64,000 nucleotides of DNA from an uncultured Bacilli bacterium (lineage in GTDB: Bacteria > Bacillota_I > Bacilli_A > RF39 > UBA660), in the NCBI GenBank assembly GCA_947628965.1, contig CANRBV010000001.1, forward strand, positions 41,225 through 105,224, given 5' to 3'. Below, in pieces: positions 47,364 through 57,968 of the stretch; positions within the stretch are counted from its first letter, which is position 1; each line of letters starts with the position of its first letter. A model generated the notes under the pieces. That model saw only the letters and a program-made list of their open reading frames with translations, was not told the DNA's origin and did no database searches. The translations under genes and the position numbers were made by a program.

Positions 47364-49393
47364 ACTAAATTAAATAAGAAAAGAAATAAAAAATAAGATT
47401 TTATATTTAAATTCTTTTTCGTTTCAGGAACTTCAACAATTTTTTCATTTTCCATAGAAATTGTCACTATTTCATGATCATTTTGAATAGAAAAATATAA
47501 TCTATCTGAAAATAATTTATATCCTTCTAATGCTTTTTTTTCTATTATATAATAATTTCCATAAGGAAGATTTTCTAAGATAATTTTACCTTCTTCATTT
47601 GTTTTTCCCTGATAGATACATTCGTCGTTTTCATTATAAATTTCAAAAAGAACGTCAGGCAAAAATTTTCCTGTTTCAATATCTGTTTTTATAAATTCTA
47701 ACGTTCCTCTATAAGGTTCATTTAAAAGTTCCATTTCCACTATAGAATCCGTATTTTCATCTACAATAAAATTTATATCTTCTATAAAGCGATAGCCAAC
47801 TATTCCACTTTGTTGTTTTATAATGTATTCTCCATAAGGTAAAGTGGTAGTGGCAAAACCATTTTCTAAAGTTTCTAATTGATCAACTACTTTTAAGCTC
47901 TTCTTATCTAAAATGATAAATTTTGCTCCTTTTTCTGCTTTAACTGTATTAAAATACAAAAAATTCTTTTTAATTAATAATTTTGTTTTAATAATATGAT
48001 CAAAAACTTTTATTTCCAATGTATCTTCCGCATTATCCTTTGTGATAGAAAAAGAATATTTCTTTGGATCCAATTGGTATCCTTTAGGAGCCACAATTTC
48101 TTGTAAATAATAATCTCCTAATAATAAATTTTTTTTCGATATTGCACTACAATTATCTTGAATTTCTAGTTTTTCTAAAAGAGTTCCCTCTTTAGTATAA
48201 AGACCATATTTTGCTCCCTTTAAAGAGGCATAAGAATTTACTGGAGTACAGGCGTTTGTTTCAGCATCATATTTTATTAATTTTATTTGTCCTAAATACA
48301 TTTTATCATATACAATCATTTCTTTGGTTGGAGCATCCATACTTAATTCAAAAGAATAAGTATTGGTATCTAATTCATAGTTTAAACCTGGTTGATATTC
48401 TTGCACATAATATTTTCCTAACTCTAAATCTTCAATAGTAGCCGTACAATCCTCTTCTATAATTAAATCTTTTATAAACGTTTTGTCTTCCTTATAAAGT
48501 TTATAAATACTTCCCTTTAGTGAACCGTTTTCCTTGGCTTGACAACTTTTATTATCTTGATCGTATTTTTTTAAAACGAGACGTCCACTTATAACTTCAA
48601 AATTTACACTTGTTTTTAAAGATTCAATATTTCCTGGAGTCATTAAATTTTGACCATTATCTGAATGATAAACAACAAAATTCCCATCATAATTATCAGT
48701 ACTTTTTTCTAATGTTACTTTTCCATTTTGTTTGGAAGTAGGTGTAACAATTAAATGCCCATTAGTAGTTTGATAAGTGCAAGCATTACATTCTATTACT
48801 TCAAAACCATTCAGTTTTCCAAAATCATAAGATTGTTGATAGGCAATTTTAGGATTTGTGGAAGTAAAGCTTGGCATTTCTAAATATTCATTAACCAAAT
48901 CTTCTAAATCATCCATTTTTTCTTTTATTTCACTTGGAATTTTAATTTTTTCTTTAGGTTTGTTATAGGCTTTAGTAAAATCAAAATCACTCCCTAGTGC
49001 TTTCCATATCATTGCTTGAGTGGCTACAATCCATTCATCCCCCGTATGCTTTTTATATCCATATCCAAAATAGGCATATAAAGATATTAAATTTAATTCT
49101 TCTTCACTTAAAGAGACTTTTTTAGCCATTTCTTTTAAAGAAAGATCTTTATACCCTTTATAATTTTCTGTTGAAAAAGAAACCCCAGGTTCAATGCAAT
49201 AGGATACTTCATCATCTCCTTTTCTAGTAAAGCGTTCAAAATTACCATAATGGCCATTACTATCGACATAGCTATAACTTCCAATAAAAGTTCTTTTAAA
49301 ACTGTCCGTTGTTGTCTTTGCAAAAACTTGAGTTTGAAAACTTAAGAAAACAAAGAAAACGAGATACAACATTTTTTTTAATTTAAAAAACAT
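47345..49393 (-). CDS. Cell-wall-anchored adhesin: N-terminal thioester-type domain followed by CnaB/SpaA-like isopeptide domains and a C-terminal sorting signal
   Basis: Signal peptide; YCIEPG Cys motif and VATQAMIWKAL (TQxxIW) motif; repeated GS(I/L)YKLYKED-type prealbumin-like modules; C-terminal VPETKK + hydrophobic stretch + RKKW. Confidence 0.65.
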   Translation of the reverse strand: MFFKLKKMLYLVFFVFLSFQTQVFAKTTTDSFKRTFIGSYSYVDSNGHYGNFERFTRKGDDEVSYCIEPGVSFSTENYKGYKDLSLKEMAKKVSLSEEELNLISLYAYFGYGYKKHTGDEWIVATQAMIWKALGSDFDFTKAYNKPKEKIKIPSEIKEKMDDLEDLVNEYLEMPSFTSTNPKIAYQQSYDFGKLNGFEVIECNACTYQTTNGHLIVTPTSKQNGKVTLEKSTDNYDGNFVVYHSDNGQNLMTPGNIESLKTSVNFEVISGRLVLKKYDQDNKSCQAKENGSLKGSIYKLYKEDKTFIKDLIIEEDCTATIEDLELGKYYVQEYQPGLNYELDTNTYSFELSMDAPTKEMIVYDKMYLGQIKLIKYDAETNACTPVNSYASLKGAKYGLYTKEGTLLEKLEIQDNCSAISKKNLLLGDYYLQEIVAPKGYQLDPKKYSFSITKDNAEDTLEIKVFDHIIKTKLLIKKNFLYFNTVKAEKGAKFIILDKKSLKVVDQLETLENGFATTTLPYGEYIIKQQSGIVGYRFIEDINFIVDENTDSIVEMELLNEPYRGTLEFIKTDIETGKFLPDVLFEIYNENDECIYQGKTNEEGKIILENLPYGNYYIIEKKALEGYKLFSDRLYFSIQNDHEIVTISMENEKIVEVPETKKNLNIKSYFLFLFLFNLVWRKKW

Positions 49394-49617
49394 ATTTCAT
49401 TTCTCCTTTCACCCATATATATACACTCTAAATTTGTAATTTCCTTTTTTTTCTTAAACATTTTTGACTTTTTCTTTAATTTTTATAAAAATAATGTCAG
49501 TTTTTACACTATTTTGGATGAAAAATATTTGAAAAAGTGGAAAGGAAAAAGGCTTAATATTAATATGTGAAAGGTAAACTTTAGATTAGCTAAAAAGACA
49601 TAAAAAAATTTTAAAGA

Positions 49618-50274
49618 TTAATTTCCTTTTAAAATTGGATATTTATTATATAAAAAGGTATCGTTAAATTTTTGATCATAGTATTCACCTAATTTTGTAA
49701 TAGGTGGTTTCCCTTCCTGTCTTTTGATCATTCGAAAAAAAACGCTATAAGATAAAGACATATCAAAAAGAAAAAAGAGAAAAAGAAATATAGTTATTAT
49801 TTTTCCAATAGTTATTGGGATTTTTTCTATTAAATTGGAAAGAATCGGATAAAGAATTTTTAGCTCAAGTGTTCCTAAAAGACCCCAAATAAGCATTATA
49901 GGAATAGTCGTTTTTCCGCCTATATTTAAAAAAAGATTGGAGTAATCCCAAAACTTAATATGACAAATATTTTCTGCCAAGACTCCTGCAATAAATTCAA
50001 AAATTCCTCCTATAAAACAGGCATAAAAAAACGTTCTAAAAATACTTCTCTGATTATTTTTTGGCCCCAATAAAATTAAAAACAAAACCATTCCAAATCC
50101 ATATAATGTGCTGAATGGTCCAATAAGTAAATCATGTCTACTAGTTAAGCAATCATGTTTAATAAACCATTGGATTTCTTCAAAATAACTTCCAAAAAGG
50201 CTTCCAAAAACAAAAAAAAGAAAGATTTTATAAAAACAAAGTCCTTTAGCAAATCTATTTTCTTTCATAAACAA
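49618..50274 (-). CDS. Polytopic membrane protein, unknown function
   Basis: Five or six hydrophobic helices. Confidence 0.6.
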   Translation of the reverse strand: MFMKENRFAKGLCFYKIFLFFVFGSLFGSYFEEIQWFIKHDCLTSRHDLLIGPFSTLYGFGMVLFLILLGPKNNQRSIFRTFFYACFIGGIFEFIAGVLAENICHIKFWDYSNLFLNIGGKTTIPIMLIWGLLGTLELKILYPILSNLIEKIPITIGKIITIFLFLFFLFDMSLSYSVFFRMIKRQEGKPPITKLGEYYDQKFNDTFLYNKYPILKGN

Positions 50275-50436
50275 TCACACTCACTATTAGTGTGACACAA
50301 ATCCTTTATTTTACACGCTTTTTAAGAATTTAAATTTTGATTAAATGATAAAATCCTAATCGAGTATAATTCTCAACTAGGATTTTGTTAAATTCATTTT
50401 TATAAAGCCTCAAGTTAAATCAATATTTACCACATT

Positions 50437-50661
50437 CTACTTTTCTGCTTCAAATTCCAATTCTGCTAATTGTTTTTTAACTTTTTCTTTTAATTGGGGG
50501 GTTAATTCACAATTTAATGTTATTTCTACTTTTCCTGTTTTATGATTTGCCTTTACATTTTTTATTTCTTCTATAGGCATTAGAGCATTAAAAATACGTT
50601 TTTCGCAACCACCACAATGCATTCCAATTACTTGAAATTCCCAACTTTTCAATTTGTTCAC
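50437..50661 (-). CDS. Heavy-metal-associated (CopZ-like) metallochaperone
   Basis: MHCGGCEKRI = MxCxxC metal-binding motif; 74 aa. Confidence 0.8.
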   Translation of the reverse strand: MNKLKSWEFQVIGMHCGGCEKRIFNALMPIEEIKNVKANHKTGKVEITLNCELTPQLKEKVKKQLAELEFEAEK

Positions 50662-50698
50662 CTCATTTTTATTATGACATTTTCTATTTAAAAATTTT

Positions 50699-51991
50699 TT
50701 AAGATAAAGTAACCGTTATCTCTTTTTCCGTATAAGAACGTCCCTTTATATAGCTTACGGTTAATTTTACTTTATCGCCTTTTTTAAGTTCGTATAAAAC
50801 ATTTTGAATATCACTTAAGCTTTTTACATCATTACCATTTATTTTAGTAATAATATTACCTATTTCCAAATCAGATTTATCTGCAGAACTTCCAGATACA
50901 ATCTTAGAAATATAAAATCCTCTTGGCATATTATAAGCTTCACTATAATCTTCTGTAACGATGTATCCTTCTATTCCAAGTGTTACACTTGTATCCTCTT
51001 CTCCATTCATAAGAGAAGTTATTAAATCACTTATATCGGAGATTGGTATGGCAAAACCCATTCCTTCAATGCTTGCAGAAGTACTGGTTGCAGAAGAAGA
51101 ATATTTAGCAGAATTAATTCCTATTACTTCTCCTCTACTATTTAGAAGGGCTCCTCCACTATTTCCACCATTGATCGCCGCATCGATTTGAATCATTTTA
51201 TTTGTATAATTATCAATCGATACTTCACGATTTAAGGCACTCACAACTCCAGTAGTAACGGATTGCCCATAACCTAGAGCATTCCCAATCGCAATAATTC
51301 CATTTCCAACTTTTAATTCATCAGAATTTCCTATTGTAGCAATTTTAATTGTTGCTAAAGTCTCTGCATCAATTTTACTTAACGGAATTGAAATAATGGC
51401 AATATCTTTTCTTTCAGAAGTTCCAACAATTTTGGCATCATAACTCTTTTCATTAATAAATTGTACAGACAATTCGCTTGCTCCATCTACAACATGGTTG
51501 TTGGTTAGTATCATAAGATCATTACTTGATTTACTAATAATAATTCCTGAACCTGCTCCTTCTGAATATTGGTCTTTTCCAAAAAAACTTGGCCCAAAAA
51601 ATCCAGAAGAAATAAGAGTTTTACTTGTAATAGCCACAATAGATGGCATAACATTTTGAACGACATTTGAAACATCCGTTACATAAACTCCTTCTATCGC
51701 ACTATCACTTGTATCCGTATATTTTAATTCAATTTTTTCATTGTTGTTTTCCTCTACATAGGAATTTAATTTTGGAATAACTCCATAAACAATAAAGAAT
51801 AAAACTCCAAAAAAGATAAGTACAATAGCAATAACGACAATTAAAGAGATAATCTTTTTATGTTCTCTTCGTTCTAAAAGAACTTTCGAAGAATCTCCAG
51901 ACTCTTTACTTTCCACTTTTATCACTTCTGGAATTTCTATATTCTCTGTAACATTTTTTGTTTCTTCCTCATTTTTATTTTCTTTAGACAT
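50699..51991 (-). CDS. htrA: HtrA/DegP-family serine protease with PDZ domain, membrane-anchored
   Basis: TM anchor; TNNHVV (His), GNSGGAL (Ser) catalytic motifs; C-terminal PDZ. Confidence 0.9.
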   Translation of the reverse strand: MSKENKNEEETKNVTENIEIPEVIKVESKESGDSSKVLLERREHKKIISLIVVIAIVLIFFGVLFFIVYGVIPKLNSYVEENNNEKIELKYTDTSDSAIEGVYVTDVSNVVQNVMPSIVAITSKTLISSGFFGPSFFGKDQYSEGAGSGIIISKSSNDLMILTNNHVVDGASELSVQFINEKSYDAKIVGTSERKDIAIISIPLSKIDAETLATIKIATIGNSDELKVGNGIIAIGNALGYGQSVTTGVVSALNREVSIDNYTNKMIQIDAAINGGNSGGALLNSRGEVIGINSAKYSSSATSTSASIEGMGFAIPISDISDLITSLMNGEEDTSVTLGIEGYIVTEDYSEAYNMPRGFYISKIVSGSSADKSDLEIGNIITKINGNDVKSLSDIQNVLYELKKGDKVKLTVSYIKGRSYTEKEITVTLS

Positions 51992-52100
51992 ATTATCACC
52001 TCAAAAATTTTTTATATTATTCCTTTCATAAAATCATTTTAAAAAGAAAAGATTAAAAGAACATTAAAAAGCAAAAATTATTTTAAAAAAATGTCAATTT

Positions 52101-52604
52101 TTAATATCCATGGTCCACATGAACCCATGTCCCATCTTTTTTTACGATGATCCAATTAAAATTTGTATACGTATCTCCTCTATTTAAAGAACCATCTCCA
52201 CCTAAAAAGCCAACATCAAAATTAGAAGTAAACACAATAACGTCTTCTACCCCATTTCGGGTGGCAAAATCGGTGTAATCTTGATTTTTTTCATCTCCAA
52301 CATAAGAAATTTCTTTTAAGACACAACCATTAAAATTCGTTTTAAAATAATTTAAAGCAATTTTTAAAGCATCTTCTAATTCTTCTTTAGAATATTGGGT
52401 AGAAGCAACTTCTTTTACAACGACTTTGGATACATCTCCCCGACGCATTTGAAATCCTTGATAAACAAAAACGAGAGCAAGTCCTAAAAGAAGAAGGCCA
52501 ATAAATAGAAAAATAAACTTCTTTTTCAAGACGACCACCACTTCCTTTATGATTATTATTTTAGCACAAAGACTATGTGCAAGCAAGATATGACTCATTT
52601 CCAT
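52101..52604 (-). CDS. Hypothetical membrane-anchored protein
   Basis: ORF; N-terminal hydrophobic helix; true start likely internal. Confidence 0.45.
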   Translation of the reverse strand: MEMSHILLAHSLCAKIIIIKEVVVVLKKKFIFLFIGLLLLGLALVFVYQGFQMRRGDVSKVVVKEVASTQYSKEELEDALKIALNYFKTNFNGCVLKEISYVGDEKNQDYTDFATRNGVEDVIVFTSNFDVGFLGGDGSLNRGDTYTNFNWIIVKKDGTWVHVDHGY

Positions 52605-52666
52605 AAAAAGACAAAAAACGCCAATAAAAACAACTATCTAAAATATGAAGAGTTGTTTTTTATACT

Positions 52667-53065
52667 TTATTGTGGGGCCAAAAATGAAAAGAAAGGAATG
52701 TTTCGTAAGACTCCATAAATAAGAAAAAGGATAATTAAACCATACCATAAAAATGGTTCAAATTTACTTAATTTTGATTTTTGCTTTTTTTGCTTTGCAA
52801 TAAAAAGATCTATATAATATAGAGCAAAAAAAGGCAAACTAATAAATAAAAGAGGATTGGCATGAAACGCTTTTACAAAACGGCCATGCAATAGATGTAA
52901 AAGCATTCTAGTAACTCCACACCCTGGACAATATAGATGCGTAAAATAATGAATTGGACATGGTATAAAAATAGAAAAATGTTCTCCTATTAATAAATAA
53001 CTAATAAGTAATATTAATAAAAGAACATATTTTTCTATTTTCCATTTTTTAATTTTGAGCAGCAT
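52667..53065 (-). CDS. DUF2752-family membrane protein
   Basis: CPGCGVTR motif characteristic of DUF2752. Confidence 0.65.
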   Translation of the reverse strand: MLLKIKKWKIEKYVLLLILLISYLLIGEHFSIFIPCPIHYFTHLYCPGCGVTRMLLHLLHGRFVKAFHANPLLFISLPFFALYYIDLFIAKQKKQKSKLSKFEPFLWYGLIILFLIYGVLRNIPFFSFLAPQ

Positions 53066-53411
53066 TATTTACATCTGCAATATTATTTAACTCATTTTGA
53101 ATTAAACAATAATTTACTATACCTAAGCCAAATATTTGTAAGATTAAAAACAAAATGGAATTATCTTCGGCTGGTAAATTATTTTTACTTTTCGCTTGCA
53201 TTAAAGCTTTGCCCATCAAATAAGCCCAGTAAAAGCCATAAATACCGCATGTAATTAAAGTAAGTAAAAAAGCCATTCCTCCTGATAATCTTGTATCTTC
53301 ACTAACAACTCTTGTATCATCGGTTATCGAAATAAACCAAAAAATTCCATAAATTCCACAAGTGAAAATACTTAACAAAATGCAAGTAACAATATTTCTT
53401 TTTTGAATCAT
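53049..53411 (-). CDS. DUF4234-family membrane protein
   Basis: Repeated CGIYG(I/F)(F/Y)W hairpin-helix motif; overlaps the DUF2752 gene. Confidence 0.6.
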   Translation of the reverse strand: MIQKRNIVTCILLSIFTCGIYGIFWFISITDDTRVVSEDTRLSGGMAFLLTLITCGIYGFYWAYLMGKALMQAKSKNNLPAEDNSILFLILQIFGLGIVNYCLIQNELNNIADVNNAAQN

Positions 53412-53489
53412 TTTTTATACTCCTCTCTTTTCTTTACTATAACAAATTTAAAACAAGAATTCTACATTTTTAGGCAAAATGTACATTAT

Positions 53490-53813
53490 TTAAGGATTTT
53501 CTACATTTATTTCCATTTTATATTTCTTTAAATCGACTTTATAATCACAAACAAGAATTCCGTCTTTTTCTAATTTAACTTTTTGAGCCTCTATCCCACC
53601 AAAAGCAAAATGTTTCGATAAATTCCCTTTACTATCTACCACTTTATAACAAGGATATTTCACCTCATCTGGATTATGATTGAGAATATTTCCGACAACT
53701 CTTGCCAAATGTTTATTTCCTAAATATTCCCCAATTTGTCCATAAGTAACCACTTTACCTTTAGGAATTGTTTCTAAAAAGGCATATACTTTTTCTTTCA
53801 TAATTTTCTCCAT
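53490..53813 (-). CDS. MGMT-family protein (alkyltransferase DNA-binding domain only)
   Basis: VVTYGQIGEYLG...ARVVGNIL...YPCYKVV resembles the C-terminal HTH/PCHR region of O6-alkylguanine transferases; 107 aa. Confidence 0.7.
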   Translation of the reverse strand: MEKIMKEKVYAFLETIPKGKVVTYGQIGEYLGNKHLARVVGNILNHNPDEVKYPCYKVVDSKGNLSKHFAFGGIEAQKVKLEKDGILVCDYKVDLKKYKMEINVENP

Positions 53814-53897
53814 GATTTAGTTCCGTTATAACCCCCCCTTCTATTAAAAATAATATATCGCGCTAACAATTGTTTCGTAACAATAATTTTAAATTTT

Positions 53898-54530
53898 TTA
53901 AAATTCCTTTTTACTAAATATTTTTGCAGAAATCCTATAAGAACCATAAACCATTACAACACTTATAATGATTAACACAATAAACCAATAATTCTCTAGG
54001 AAAGACAAAGTTTTGCCAATCACAGATAAATCAACATATCTTGAAAGAAAACCACCAAGAATTACTACCCCAAAGACAATAAGAAATATACCAATTCTTG
54101 CTTTTTCAACCCCAAATTTATAAATAATCGGATACATAAAAGTTAAAACAAGTAAAGTTCCAAATATAGTTCCAAGCATTGTGACTAAGATTTGCTCATA
54201 GTTAATCGTTTTTGTTCTTGCATAAGAAATCAGAAAAGCCATAAGAAGAGTTATAAAAGCAACAGAAAGAATCATGAAAATTGTCGCGATATATTTTGCT
54301 TTCACACTATTTTTTCTTCCATTCGGTAAAGTTATCGAATAAGCATCCCAATTATTATAATGATCATAACTGAATGTTGAAATCATAATCATGACACTCA
54401 TAAAGGGCAAGATAAAAGAAATATCCATTTCTTCTAAAAGACCCATCACCACATAGACAACTAGCAATATTCCCATTAATTTAAAATTACTTTTAATCAT
54501 GGCTAAATCTTTTTTAATAAATCCTATCAT
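53898..54530 (-). CDS. ABC-2-type exporter permease
   Basis: Six hydrophobic helices; 4-nt overlap with the ATPase gene. Confidence 0.65.
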   Translation of the reverse strand: MIGFIKKDLAMIKSNFKLMGILLVVYVVMGLLEEMDISFILPFMSVMIMISTFSYDHYNNWDAYSITLPNGRKNSVKAKYIATIFMILSVAFITLLMAFLISYARTKTINYEQILVTMLGTIFGTLLVLTFMYPIIYKFGVEKARIGIFLIVFGVVILGGFLSRYVDLSVIGKTLSFLENYWFIVLIIISVVMVYGSYRISAKIFSKKEF

Positions 54531-55387
54531 TCTTCTTCCCCCTTAATCATGATTACCATTAAATCATCTAACGTAATCTTATCAACAACTGCAATATCGT
54601 ATTTTGCTTTAAAAGCGCCCTTATCTTCCACAAGAACTTCATATGCATACTTTAACTTTCGATACTTAAGATAATCTTTTTTATCGATAGTTTGAAATTC
54701 TTTCTCCGTACATTTAACAATTCCATATTTTTCTAATAACTCATTGGTCGTTTTCACTAAAAGAATCTCTCCATCGTTAATAAAAGTAATATAATCCGCA
54801 ATGTGTTCTAAATCTGCTGTAATATGACTAGAAAGTAGGATAGAACAATTTTCTTTTTCTAAAACACTTTGAAAAATTTCTAATACCTCTGCTCGAGCAA
54901 CTGGGTCTAATCCTGAGGTGGGTTCGTCAAGAAGCAGAAGTTTTGGATGATGCGCTAAAGCTGTAATAATTTCTAATTTCTTACGCATTCCTTTTGAAAA
55001 AGTTTTAATAGGTTTATTGGGTAACAAAGAAAATTCTATTAAATAATTATAAAAGAGTTTGCTATCCCAATTTTTATAAATTCCTTGCATCGCACTATTA
55101 ATATCGTTAGGAGTCAGAATCTCAGGAAAAAACATATCGTCTAAAACAACACCAATATCTTCTTTTATTTTTTTATCATATGTGCGATTATCAAGGCCAA
55201 AAATTTTAATCTCTCCACTATAAGACTTGATAATATCAAGTATCGCTTTTATCGTGGTTGTCTTTCCTGCTCCATTTTCTCCAATAAAACCCATAATCAT
55301 ACCTTCTGGCAAACTAAAACTAATATTCTTTAAAGCAAAATTATCATATTTCATACTTAAGTTTTTAACTTCCAAAACATTTTCCAT
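54527..55387 (-). CDS. ABC transporter ATP-binding protein
   Basis: Walker A GENGAGKTT; signature FSKGMRKKL; Walker B LLLDEPTSGLD. Confidence 0.9.
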   Translation of the reverse strand: MENVLEVKNLSMKYDNFALKNISFSLPEGMIMGFIGENGAGKTTTIKAILDIIKSYSGEIKIFGLDNRTYDKKIKEDIGVVLDDMFFPEILTPNDINSAMQGIYKNWDSKLFYNYLIEFSLLPNKPIKTFSKGMRKKLEIITALAHHPKLLLLDEPTSGLDPVARAEVLEIFQSVLEKENCSILLSSHITADLEHIADYITFINDGEILLVKTTNELLEKYGIVKCTEKEFQTIDKKDYLKYRKLKYAYEVLVEDKGAFKAKYDIAVVDKITLDDLMVIMIKGEEE

Positions 55388-55767
55388 TATTCTTTATCCT
55401 CCTCATACAATAGGTCCAACATTTCCTTTAAGGTTTTCTTTTTGATACTATTCATTTTAGCAATACCGATGGCTTTATCCATTAGTTCTTCGATTCTATT
55501 TAATTGTTCTTCTAGCGCAACCTCTTTATTAATTTTCGCAACATAAAATCCTTTTGATGGAACATTTTTTACATAACCTTCTTTTACCAATTCTTCATAA
55601 GCATTTTTAGTAGTTATTACACTACATCTTAAATCCTTAGCTAACGTTCTTATCGAAGGTAATAACGCATTTTCTTTCAGTTCATTCGAAACTATTTTTA
55701 CTTTTATTTGTTCTTTAATCTGTTCATAAATAGGAACCCCACTTGAATTACTAATGATAATTTCCAT
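55387..55767 (-). CDS. GntR-family transcriptional regulator (start at MEIII with AGAGG RBS)
   Basis: IPIYEQIKEQI...LPSIRTLAKDL...TTKNAYEEL winged-HTH signature. Confidence 0.8.
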   Translation of the reverse strand: MEIIISNSSGVPIYEQIKEQIKVKIVSNELKENALLPSIRTLAKDLRCSVITTKNAYEELVKEGYVKNVPSKGFYVAKINKEVALEEQLNRIEELMDKAIGIAKMNSIKKKTLKEMLDLLYEEDKE

Positions 55768-55872
55768 AATTCGCCTCTTTTGTATATATGCATTATATAC
55801 AGAATATACACAGATGTCAAGACATAGAAAAAAGACTACCATGCTTCTGGTAATCTTCTATCAAAGTATACT

Positions 55873-57024
55873 TTAAGATATAAAAATTTCTGTAAAAGTT
55901 TGCTCTACAAAATCATTATCATTCATTTTAACTTCGACATACTGATTAAAATTATCTTGATTGATGCCATCAAGAACGATTTTCTTAAAATGAGGATAGC
56001 ACTCCTCGATTTGGCCTCGATTCACTGTATAGGTATTGCCACTAAAGTTAAACGTAAGTTTTTGAACATTTTCGATTAAGACAAACAAAGACACAGCGTT
56101 GTATAAAAGAGATTTTTCCAAATATTGATTTTCATTTATATACCAATCAGTGATATGATAGTCAATCGTTAGTACTAAATTTACCGAATCAATTTCTAAA
56201 ACATAACCATATTCTGATAGAGGTAAATGGTCAACTAAAAGACTTGTATTACTATTATTTCCTATATATGGATTTTGAAATGGCAAGATACTTTCTATTC
56301 CAGATTTATCTCGATTAAATGGAGTTATGGGGACAGTATCTTCCGTATACTCTTTTTTAACATCAATAATATAATACTCATTTTTAGTATTCCGATTAAT
56401 TCGATAGACATTACATAAAGGGGTTTTATAAAGAATCATATCTTCGGTTGTTTGAATAAGATAAGAAAATCTAGGTGCTACTTTGTTTAAAATGACATTT
56501 GAAAAATCAAGAAGAAGTAAAAATAGAAATCCTATCATAAAATAAGATATGCCTAAAAAACACTTTCTTAAAATGGTTCTATCTCTTTTTATATTGACAA
56601 AGCCAAACGTAGATAGAAGTAAACCCATTATAGAATGAATAGAACCCCAACTACTATCCGTCGGATAAATGGTAAAGGCCATAAAAACCAAACCTAAACC
56701 AAAAAACAGAATCATTTCATAAATAACTTTATTTTTTTCTAATACTTTTTTATTAGAATAATCGATAGTATCCAAAATATTTTCTTCTAACTTTTTTTGA
56801 TAGTTTTCCTGCTTAATTTTTTCTCCACTTAATAAATCGTTCACAGTAATTTTTAAAATTTCGCACAACTCCATCATAATAGAAGCATCTGGAAGTCCTT
56901 TACCACATTCCCATTTGCTAACCGCTTTAGACGTAATTCCTAATTTCTCTGCCAGTTGCTCTTGCGTTAAATTTTGCTCTTTTCGAACACTTGCAATAAA
57001 CTTACCAATCTTTTCTTGGTCCAT
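55873..57024 (-). CDS. XRE-family HTH regulator fused to a transmembrane and C-terminal sensor-like region
   Basis: QEQLAEKLGITSKAVSKWE HTH; central TM helices; AAGGAG RBS before MDQEK. Confidence 0.75.
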   Translation of the reverse strand: MDQEKIGKFIASVRKEQNLTQEQLAEKLGITSKAVSKWECGKGLPDASIMMELCEILKITVNDLLSGEKIKQENYQKKLEENILDTIDYSNKKVLEKNKVIYEMILFFGLGLVFMAFTIYPTDSSWGSIHSIMGLLLSTFGFVNIKRDRTILRKCFLGISYFMIGFLFLLLLDFSNVILNKVAPRFSYLIQTTEDMILYKTPLCNVYRINRNTKNEYYIIDVKKEYTEDTVPITPFNRDKSGIESILPFQNPYIGNNSNTSLLVDHLPLSEYGYVLEIDSVNLVLTIDYHITDWYINENQYLEKSLLYNAVSLFVLIENVQKLTFNFSGNTYTVNRGQIEECYPHFKKIVLDGINQDNFNQYVEVKMNDNDFVEQTFTEIFIS

Positions 57025-57092
57025 ATTTCTTGCTCCTTTCAAAAACAACTATAGAATAGGAATGCAATTTTTAACACCTACTAGTAGTAGAG

Positions 57093-57968
57093 TTACTCTT
57101 TTTCCATCCTATTATAAAGTGTTACGGCTTGTCTGCCTAAAGAATCGTAACTGGCTTCAAGTATTTTTTTATCTACTTTAGTCACTTCTTCTTCTTTTAA
57201 AGGATCCGCAATATAATAAAAATCTTTGTCATATCCAACTAAAACAACAGCATGAGTTTTATTTGAATAGGTATAGATTTTGGTTTTATCATAACTATAC
57301 CATTGCGCGAAATCCGTTTCCTCACTGTAATCATTCGTAATCCATATGACAACTGGATAATCATAGAATAATTCCTTTATAGGTTTTTGATTTAGATTTT
57401 GGACATAAAGATAATTCATTTTTTTATCAAAAAGAATGCGATTTAAAGTATTTTCAATAACGGGCTCATAACAACCCCAGCCATTTTCTTTACTAGCTGG
57501 GTCTCCAGCATAGAAAAGTGAAGGATCTGGCCCAAAACGAGAACCATCCTTACTATAAATTTCCTTGGTTGGTAAATAATCTTCGATAAATTCTTTTAAA
57601 GTAATTTTAACACCAAAATAATTTAAAAGCATTGTAGCACTAGCAGCTTCACAACCGTTGGGGTAATCAGGAAGTTGATTTATTTTTGGCACATTTGTAA
57701 GAACATGAGTATCCTCAGTATCCCTATCTATTTCATATAGGTTAATGGCTATTCCAGGAAGGTCTGCTGCATATTCAACAACTTTTCTTTCATTATCTTT
57801 TGTATTTTTCGTAATAATAATTTGATTTAAAAGATAATCATCCAATAAAGAATAAACAATAGAATTTTTAACGCGTCTATTTACTCGAATTAAATAGACA
57901 TTGCCTAATAAAGATGCACATAAAAGAATAGCAAAGACACCTATTAATAAAGATTTACCTTTTTTCAT
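57093..57968 (-). CDS. Peptidase C39-like (BtrH/C39_2-type) secreted cysteine peptidase-like protein
   Basis: Signal/anchor; YPNGCEAASATMLLNYFG catalytic-Cys motif. Confidence 0.6.
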   Translation of the reverse strand: MKKGKSLLIGVFAILLCASLLGNVYLIRVNRRVKNSIVYSLLDDYLLNQIIITKNTKDNERKVVEYAADLPGIAINLYEIDRDTEDTHVLTNVPKINQLPDYPNGCEAASATMLLNYFGVKITLKEFIEDYLPTKEIYSKDGSRFGPDPSLFYAGDPASKENGWGCYEPVIENTLNRILFDKKMNYLYVQNLNQKPIKELFYDYPVVIWITNDYSEETDFAQWYSYDKTKIYTYSNKTHAVVLVGYDKDFYYIADPLKEEEVTKVDKKILEASYDSLGRQAVTLYNRMEKE

